Part shown: piece by piece, positions 1 through 4,229 of the stretch
Position numbering within the stretch: the first letter of the stretch is position 1
Layout: the number at the start of each line of letters is the position of its first letter
IMG/VR virus record: IMGVR_UViG_2713896898_000007
Strand: one strand, 5' to 3'
Length of the DNA stretch: 4,229 nt
Source: a virus
Taxonomy: Duplodnaviria; Heunggongvirae; Uroviricota; Caudoviricetes
The notes under the pieces: generated by a model
The model's input: only the letters and a program-made list of their open reading frames with translations
Database searches by the model: none
Told to the model about the DNA's origin: nothing
Translations under genes and position numbers: made by a program

Positions 1-660
1 TTTTGTGCGCTGCTTCAGTATGCTGGTGGCGGTCTGCTCTCCCGGTACGATGTCGCTTTCACGGTACATTGAGCGGATTTTTTCCGCACGCAACCCCAGC
101 GAACGACGTAATACCGCTTCCGGTAGCGCGTCCGCCACCTGATTGCGGACCGCCCACCAGGATAATTCAGCCAGAGATAATTCACGCTCCTGCGTACCGC
201 TTATTGCGTGACCGATGGCGTCAATCATCCATGCTGACAGGTTTTGATGAGCAAGTTGCTCGAGTGATTCGGATGTCTGGTCACGCAGCTGGTTGTCGCA
301 GTGCCAGCACAACACCATTGCGCCGGTACCATAACGGTGAATGACGGTTTCGCTGTGATGATAATCGCCGTGTGGCCACTGGCAGGATTTAATATGGCGC
401 AACAGCCAGTCAGACAATGCACCAGCACCACCAGCAGCACGAATCACCCGTGCGTTACTGAAAAACGGCAGCAATGTTTTGTCTTCCACCAGCGGCTGGC
501 GAACGGCAGGAACGACCCCGGACGGCAGATTACGCATGCTTTTCGGTTCCGGCTCCACCAATACCCGGGTATTGTGGAATACCGGCATGGATTCACGGCC
601 CGGCTTAACGATCACCAGCCCGAGTTCCGGTACCAGAACAGGTCGAAGTAATACCCGCAC
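1..660 (-). CDS. Hypothetical prophage protein, 3'-truncated at the window edge (at least 220 aa); possibly YdfU/DUF968-like by position, unverified
   Basis: I translated the reverse complement of 660..1 by hand: 220 codons with no stop, beginning VRVLLRPVLVPELGLVIVKPGRESMPVFHNTRVLVEPEPKSMRNLPSGVV... and containing CQWPHGDYHHSETVIHRYGTGAMVLCWHCDNQ. Candidate start is GTG at 660..658, one nt after the TAA of the upstream ORF, with GGAGG four nt upstream; an alternative ATG is at 588..586. The plus-strand ORFs 3..344, 301..651 and 479..808 overlap it and look like shadow ORFs of GC-rich coding DNA. Family assignment is a guess from synteny with hok. Confidence 0.6.
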   Translation of the reverse strand, partial: MRVLLRPVLVPELGLVIVKPGRESMPVFHNTRVLVEPEPKSMRNLPSGVVPAVRQPLVEDKTLLPFFSNARVIRAAGGAGALSDWLLRHIKSCQWPHGDYHHSETVIHRYGTGAMVLCWHCDNQLRDQTSESLEQLAHQNLSAWMIDAIGHAISGTQERELSLAELSWWAVRNQVADALPEAVLRRSLGLRAEKIRSMYRESDIVPGEQTATSILKQRTK

Positions 661-661
661 G

Positions 662-940
662 TTACCTCCAGATGCGTTGCTGGAATGTGCGAGACGGACG
701 CGGTGGGCGTTCAGAGTAAGGAAGCCTGACGGAGATTATCCAGTGACGATAATCGAGGCTGAGGGCTTTCTTAATCTCGTATCCGTGTCTGCGGTAGCAC
801 TGAATTAGCCACTCGGCCTGTTCTTCAGTGCATGGGTCATGCTGGAACCAGTCAGATTTGAAAGTGCGGGAACGCCGCCCGTGCCTGCTGGCAAAGACGG
901 CAGAATCATCAGAATTGTGTAATTTGGTATCGTGCGCCAT
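662..940 (-). CDS. Hypothetical small protein (92 aa, MAHDTKLHNSDDSAVFASRHGRRSRTFKSDWFQHDPCTEEQAEWLIQCYRRHGYEIKKALSLDYRHW...); position matches rem downstream of hokD in K-12 Qin, unverified
   Basis: The track ORF 662..1069 (135 aa) would have to begin inside the intrinsic terminator at 1008..1039, so I place the start at the internal ATG 940..938. Stop is TAA at 664..662, followed by C then GTG of the next ORF (coupled arrangement). No strong SD before the ATG; no family recognised. Confidence 0.4.
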   Translation of the reverse strand: MAHDTKLHNSDDSAVFASRHGRRSRTFKSDWFQHDPCTEEQAEWLIQCYRRHGYEIKKALSLDYRHWIISVRLPYSERPPRPSRTFQQRIWR

Positions 941-1007
941 CGGTTGTCTCTGCTGGCGCAGCAGGTGCCAGTTGTTCAGGCTGGCGTGCGAATTGTAAAC
1001 CAGAATG

Positions 1008-1039
1008 CCAGGAAAAAACAAAACCCGCCGAAGCGGGTT
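1008..1039 (-). terminator. Rho-independent terminator downstream of hok
   Basis: Minus-strand sequence reads AACCCGC-TTCG-GCGGGTT followed by TTTTGTTTTTT: a 7-bp GC-rich stem with a UUCG tetraloop and a U-tract, about 70 nt after the hok stop codon. Confidence 0.7.
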
Positions 1040-1107
1040 AAGTGCGGGTGCGTTGAGGATGCCTGACACATCAGAGGTGGCGAGGGATTTCTCCCCCGCC
1101 TGGTCTC

Positions 1108-1263
1108 TTACTCCTCAGGTTCGTAAGCTGTGAAGACAGCGACCTCCGTCTGGCCGGTTCGGATTCGTACCTCGCAGAGGTCTTTCCTCGTTACCAGTGC
1201 CGTCACTATGACGGTTAAACAGATGACGATCAGGGCGATTAGCATCGCCTTTTGCTGCTTCAT
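1108..1263 (-). CDS. hokD: Hok/Gef-family type I toxin (51 aa small membrane peptide), HokD/RelF-like
   Basis: Hand translation of the minus strand from ATG 1263..1261 to TAA 1110..1108 gives MKQQKAMLIALIVICLTVIVTALVTRKDLCEVRIRTGQTEVAVFTAYEPEE. This has the hydrophobic N-terminal helix and the conserved TRKDLCEV...GQTEVAVFTAYE core of Hok/Gef peptides. SD AAGGAG sits 9 nt upstream of the ATG. The family call is firm; the hokD paralog assignment (rather than hokC/gef) is from memory of the C-terminal YEPEE and should be checked by alignment. The ORF is below the track's length cutoff. Confidence 0.88.
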   Translation of the reverse strand: MKQQKAMLIALIVICLTVIVTALVTRKDLCEVRIRTGQTEVAVFTAYEPEE

Positions 1264-1437
1264 AGCCTGCTTCTCCTTGACCTTTCGGTCCGTAAGAGGC
1301 TAATCTCTATGTGTCGCATAGATATGGCCTCAGATTAATGTTAAACGTCTTGCAGGACGCGTAATGTTAACTGGGGCTTTTCTCTATCTGCCTTTGGTGT
1401 TCATGCCTGAGACAGATAGCCTCAAGCACCCGCAGCC

Positions 1438-1466
1438 ATTCTACTTAACTCCCGTTACCTCGCCAA
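1438..1466 (-). promoter_or_regulatory. Candidate sigma70 promoter for the hok transcript (TTGGCG-17 nt-TAGAAT)
   Basis: On the minus strand the -35-like TTGGCG is at 1466..1461 and the -10-like TAGAAT at 1443..1438 with a 17-nt spacer. This would give a 5' leader of roughly 170 nt before the hok ATG, similar in length to leaders described for hok-family mRNAs. Motif match only. Confidence 0.3.
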
Positions 1467-1915
1467 TATGAAATCAGTCAGAAAGGCGATCCATAAGAAC
1501 AACAGCAAGGCAATAAATTGCCATTACAGCAGCAATAGCCAGCGCACATTTGAGAACCAGCACCACAACCTCCTGTATTGGACGTACACCAGTCCTGATA
1601 AATATGAGGCTGTCTCGTCAGTGATTCAATACAACTATTGGGTATAGTTTCTGTGATTTTGTTCTGTAGAAATGGAACATAATAACCAGTCACCACCAGC
1701 ACTTCTTTAAATACGCCAAGTCCGACGCAAGCTAACCTTCTAGCCCACTTTGAGCGAGAAGCAGACATTTACTTAACTGGATAGCAAGAGACTTCATATA
1801 TCATGGTTGATCCCGGAGTTTTCAATAATGGAAAGACATTGCCCGTATGATCGGGCCGTAACCACATTAGAAGCAGGTGCCCTTTGTGAATTTTGATTGT
1901 GTCAACCTATCTGTT

Positions 1916-2056
1916 TTGAATTTTTTATAAAAAATATTCGCAAATTTGTGAATTATGAGAGACAAACGAGCATGGACAACCAATGTTACTTTCATACACA
2001 ATGAAGCAACATGATAAAAGTACACTGACTTTAGCAAGTAAATTTAGGAGATTGCG
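1916..2056 (+). promoter_or_regulatory. AT-rich upstream region of the 444-aa ORF with its ribosome-binding site (AGGAG at 2046..2050)
   Basis: AGGAG lies 6 nt upstream of ATG 2057. The region 1916..2040 is about 30% GC with A/T tracts (TTTTTTATAAAAAATATT at 1921..1938) and several weak -10-like hexamers (TATAAA 1926..1931; TG-n-TAAAAG at 2012..2020). No convincing -35/-10 pair, so the promoter position is unresolved. Confidence 0.3.
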
Positions 2057-3391
2057 ATGTTTAGCTTAATCATGGCCGGAGAACCGGACGTTTTTGACCG
2101 CTGGCCGTGTATGGACCCTGGGCTTAAAGAAGGCGAGGAAAGATTCTCGATGTCCCGCATGCTGGAAGGCACCCCAAGCGATATTTACAGTAAATTAACA
2201 CCAATAAGACCCGATACCTTAAGAGAACTCGCCAAGCTACCAGTATTGTTCATGACCGAAACTTATACAAAAGATGATGAATATGATACAAACAAGTACA
2301 TCAGGATCAGACTTGGGGAAATAAGAAATTTACGTAAAGATGGTGGCGATATTTTATTTTCTTTCAAGATTAATCATAATTTTGGAGAAATAACGAATCC
2401 CCAAACGACATTATATAAAGAAACCCTAGGGCTAGGATCTTTCGGGTTAAGTCGTACACATTGGGCAGTAAAAAATAAGGATTTAAATATTGTTCTGGAA
2501 TCACTTGGTTTAAACAAACAAAATAGTCACCTGAAAGGTACAATCAAATTAAAAAAACAAACATACCCAGTAGTCGAGAACATTATAGATTATCTTAATT
2601 TCATAAAGAAAAACTTTCGTGATGGTCTCATTACCTTTTATCGTGGACACTCTAAAAGCTCATATGAGCTTGTCCCCTCTCTTTACAGAAAAAATCAAAA
2701 CGGGACGTACAGGCATCTTGCTTCAGAATCTGATTTAGTACGTGAAATACTCAGCGCAAGACCAAATGAATTTAAGGAGGATAAATTTACGATTGATAAA
2801 CTTGTCCGCATGCAGCATTATGGCTTGCCTACAAGACTCTTAGATATTACATCTAACCCACTGATAGCATTATATTTTGCTTGCTGTTCGAACCCCGATG
2901 AAAACGGACAGGTGATTTCGTTTTCAACAAATAGAAAGAAAATTAAATATTTCGACTCAGATACAGTGAGCTGTATAGCAAACTTATCACTTTTATCTTA
3001 CGAAGAGTTGGAAAAATTGTCCTCCTCTGATTCCAGAAAAGGTAATATGGAGTTATCTGAACTCACTGATAAACTTGCAGACCTTATACAGAATGAAAAA
3101 TCATATTTCAGAAACAGAATAATTCCTGATGACTTAAGGAAAGTTGTTTTCCTTAAGGCTAAAATAAATAATGAACGCATACAATCTCAGGCAGGAGCTT
3201 TTCTTCTGTTCGGACTTGATCCCATTTTACCGGAAACAGATGCTGAGTTTCCTCTTAACAGAGTGGAGATAGCGAACAAAAATAAAATTCTGGAAGAGCT
3301 GGCGCAGCTTAATATATCCGAAAGCACTGTATATCCCAGCATGGAGAAAACGGCAGCAGAAATTACAAAAAAGTTTTTATCGGTATCATAA
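2057..3391 (+). CDS. FRG-domain-containing protein (444 aa) with unassigned N- and C-terminal regions; candidate horizontally acquired defense or abortive-infection gene
   Basis: An uninterrupted 1335-nt ORF in about 32% GC DNA is itself strong coding evidence, since stop codons are frequent by chance at this composition. SD AGGAG precedes ATG 2057. The translation contains FYRGHSKSSYELVPSLYR (aa 194-211, nt 2636..2689) and QHYGLPTRLLDITSNPLIALYFAC (aa 253-276, nt 2813..2884), which I recognise as the FRG-domain motifs (Pfam PF08867, a family of unknown function). The flanking ~190 and ~150 residues were not recognised. The start is ambiguous: in-frame ATG at 2150 is also possible. Confidence 0.85.
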   Translation: MFSLIMAGEPDVFDRWPCMDPGLKEGEERFSMSRMLEGTPSDIYSKLTPIRPDTLRELAKLPVLFMTETYTKDDEYDTNKYIRIRLGEIRNLRKDGGDILFSFKINHNFGEITNPQTTLYKETLGLGSFGLSRTHWAVKNKDLNIVLESLGLNKQNSHLKGTIKLKKQTYPVVENIIDYLNFIKKNFRDGLITFYRGHSKSSYELVPSLYRKNQNGTYRHLASESDLVREILSARPNEFKEDKFTIDKLVRMQHYGLPTRLLDITSNPLIALYFACCSNPDENGQVISFSTNRKKIKYFDSDTVSCIANLSLLSYEELEKLSSSDSRKGNMELSELTDKLADLIQNEKSYFRNRIIPDDLRKVVFLKAKINNERIQSQAGAFLLFGLDPILPETDAEFPLNRVEIANKNKILEELAQLNISESTVYPSMEKTAAEITKKFLSVS

Positions 3392-3418
3392 AGGGATAAA
3401 CTAAAGGCAACGAAAACT

Positions 3419-3434
3419 AAGACTGCGCAGTCTT
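3419..3434. repeat. Perfect 16-bp palindrome AAGACTGCGCAGTCTT in the convergent intergenic region
   Basis: Read directly from the sequence, 28 nt after the stop of the 444-aa ORF. There is no T-tract on the plus strand and only a weak one (AGTTTTCGTT) on the minus strand, so it is a poor intrinsic terminator and might instead be a protein-binding site. Confidence 0.5.
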
Positions 3435-3448
3435 CAGGTGGAAGTGCT

Positions 3449-3490
3449 CACTGGGAACGGTTTCAGGGGCAAAAACTGGAAGTTCCAGTG
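3449..3490. repeat. Inverted-repeat cluster: CACTGGGAAC (3449..3458) pairing with GTTCCAGTG (3482..3490), including the perfect palindrome ACTGGAA-G-TTCCAGT (3475..3489)
   Basis: Read directly from the sequence. The ACTGG(G)AAC core occurs three times, twice direct and once inverted. It could be a long-loop hairpin or an operator-like site. Confidence 0.5.
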
Positions 3491-3629
3491 GGCCTTGAGC
3501 TGCTCCCTATAAATTAACATATCTCAATGTTATCAATATCTGCTTTTGGCACAAAGCGGACAACCACGCTAGCTCTACCCTGTGCCACAAAATGTCAATT
3601 TACATCTGAACTAATGCACTTTAATCTCG

Positions 3630-4052
3630 TCACTTCAATAAATACCGAACATCCCCCTGATAAAACGACAATATGCGCTGCATAACTTCGCTTTTACGAC
3701 ACTCAGTACAAATCATATTATGACGCCTGTCGTAACGACGTATTTCTCCATCAGGTAATGACCAGATAAGGTCCGGATCAACCGCAGATGGTTTCTTCAG
3801 CTTTGCCCTTGAGAGCTTTTTACGGGCATTTTGCCAGTCCTTACGCGCCTGTTCAGACGGGAATAACCCGTAACCAGAGTTGCATACATCGCCACTGGCA
3901 ACCAGCTCTCTGGCCAGAACGCTCATCAGATATCTTGTTGCCCCAGTTTTAGCTTCCAGTTGTCGTAACGTCTCGCGCCCACTCTGGCGTACGAGTTCAA
4001 CAACCTGCCCTTTAATTTTTTCCCGCTCTTCTTGTGTAAAAACTTTTGCCAC
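3630..4052 (-). CDS. Hypothetical prophage protein (140 aa), with a helical, possibly DNA-binding N-terminus and a single C-x2-C near the C-terminus
   Basis: Track ORF MAKVFTQEEREKIKGQVVELVRQSGRETLRQLEAKTGATRYLMSVLARELV...MICTECRKSE...GDVRYLLK. Start is GTG 4052..4050 with AGGAGG four nt upstream; stop is TGA 3632..3630. GC content matches the backbone. The overlapping plus ORF 3880..4089 is judged a shadow. No family recognised. Confidence 0.7.
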   Translation of the reverse strand: MAKVFTQEEREKIKGQVVELVRQSGRETLRQLEAKTGATRYLMSVLARELVASGDVCNSGYGLFPSEQARKDWQNARKKLSRAKLKKPSAVDPDLIWSLPDGEIRRYDRRHNMICTECRKSEVMQRILSFYQGDVRYLLK

Positions 4053-4092
4053 AAGCCCTCCTGAAAATTACCTCATGACCAGAAATTAACAC

Positions 4093-4229
4093 TTACCCCC
4101 TGAAGCCCGGCGGAATTTCGTTATCCGGTTCAGAAATGTGATTCACGCAACGCTGTACAGGCGAACGCCCCAGACGAATAACCAGCTCATCCCATTTTTC
4201 GCGAAGCTTTGACGGGCTCATGACGTTTT
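4093..4229 (-). CDS. Partial ORF (C-terminal 45 codons in window: ...NVMSPSKLREKWDELVIRLGRSPVQRCVNHISEPDNEIPPGFRG), 5' end outside the window or starting at ATG 4221
   Basis: The minus-strand frame is open from the window edge to TAA 4095..4093. An in-frame ATG at 4221..4219 would give a 42-aa peptide, but the frame is also open upstream of it. It ends 40 nt before the start of the 140-aa ORF on the same strand, consistent with an operon. No family recognised. Confidence 0.4.
   Translation of the reverse strand, partial: NVMSPSKLREKWDELVIRLGRSPVQRCVNHISEPDNEIPPGFRG

Noticed and set aside
3-808. Plus-strand track ORFs 3..344, 301..651 and 479..808, and the minus ORF 225..440
   Set aside because: They overlap each other and the longer, uninterrupted minus-strand frame 660..1 in GC-rich DNA. 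Their translations are low-complexity (Pro/Arg/Cys/Thr-rich) and lack ribosome-binding sites. They are treated as shadow ORFs.
941-1069. N-terminal extension of track ORF 662..1069 (start at ATG 1069)
   Set aside because: The extension would be encoded across the UUCG-tetraloop intrinsic terminator at 1008..1039 that follows hok. The internal ATG at 940 is the more plausible start.
1264-1560. relE/relB immediately upstream of hok, as in the K-12 relBEF operon
   Set aside because: I translated all three minus-strand frames of 1264..1470 and found nothing resembling RelE (no ...SEVYSEAVKRIL C-terminus) or RelB. relBE appears to be absent from this locus.
1478-1768. Minus-strand 96-aa ORF (and the overlapping 59-codon plus ORF 1468..1647)
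   Set aside because: The translation is cysteine-rich low complexity (GGCGAGSQMCAGYCCCNGNLLPCCC), has no SD, and lies in what is more likely the hok leader and promoter region.
2998-3180. Minus-strand 60-aa ORF inside the 444-aa gene
   Set aside because: It is antisense to a strongly supported long CDS, just at the length cutoff, and has no SD. A chance ORF.
3419-3434. The palindrome AAGACTGCGCAGTCTT as the intrinsic terminator of the 444-aa gene
   Set aside because: No U-tract follows it on the plus strand (CAGGTGG), so it is listed as a repeat or possible binding site rather than a terminator.
3544-3560. Sigma54-type promoter suggested by TGGCAC at 3547..3552
   Set aside because: The -12 element is missing: the position where TTGCA (GC at -13/-12) should lie reads GGACA, so the spacing and sequence do not fit the -24/-12 consensus.
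3880-4089. Plus-strand 69-aa ORF
   Set aside because: It is antisense to the 140-aa minus-strand ORF, which has a consensus AGGAGG ribosome-binding site. The translation is Ser/Thr/Leu-rich with no recognisable features.
1-4229. CRISPR arrays, tRNA or rRNA genes, integrase or transposase genes, IS terminal inverted repeats
   Set aside because: No spaced direct-repeat array, no cloverleaf-compatible GC-rich segment with a T-loop motif, and no ORF with recombinase or transposase hallmarks was seen on either strand.

Overview
This 4.2-kb window looks like an enterobacterial lambdoid-prophage backbone (GC roughly 50-60%) interrupted by a low-GC cassette (roughly 30-35%). Left side, minus strand: a 3'-truncated ORF of at least 220 aa (1..660, missing from the ORF track because it runs off the window edge), a 92-aa ORF (662..940), an intrinsic terminator (1008..1039) and a Hok/Gef-family type I toxin gene (1108..1263; MKQQKAMLIALIVICLTVIVTALVTRKDLCEVRIRTGQTEVAVFTAYEPEE, HokD/RelF-like from memory). 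Right side, minus strand: a 140-aa ORF (3630..4052) and a partial ORF (4093..4229). Between them, on the plus strand, is a single AT-rich 444-aa ORF (2057..3391) whose central region carries what I recognise as the FRG-domain signature (FYRGHSKSSYELVPSLYR ... QHYGLPTRLLDITSNPLIALYFAC); I cannot assign its N-terminal ~190 aa or C-terminal ~150 aa. I interpret this gene as horizontally acquired single-gene cargo, a candidate anti-phage or abortive-infection factor, sitting where I recall E. coli K-12 Qin carrying relBE upstream of hokD. That functional call is inference only. No rRNA, tRNA, CRISPR array, integrase or transposase was recognised. All family assignments are from reading the translations; no searches were run.
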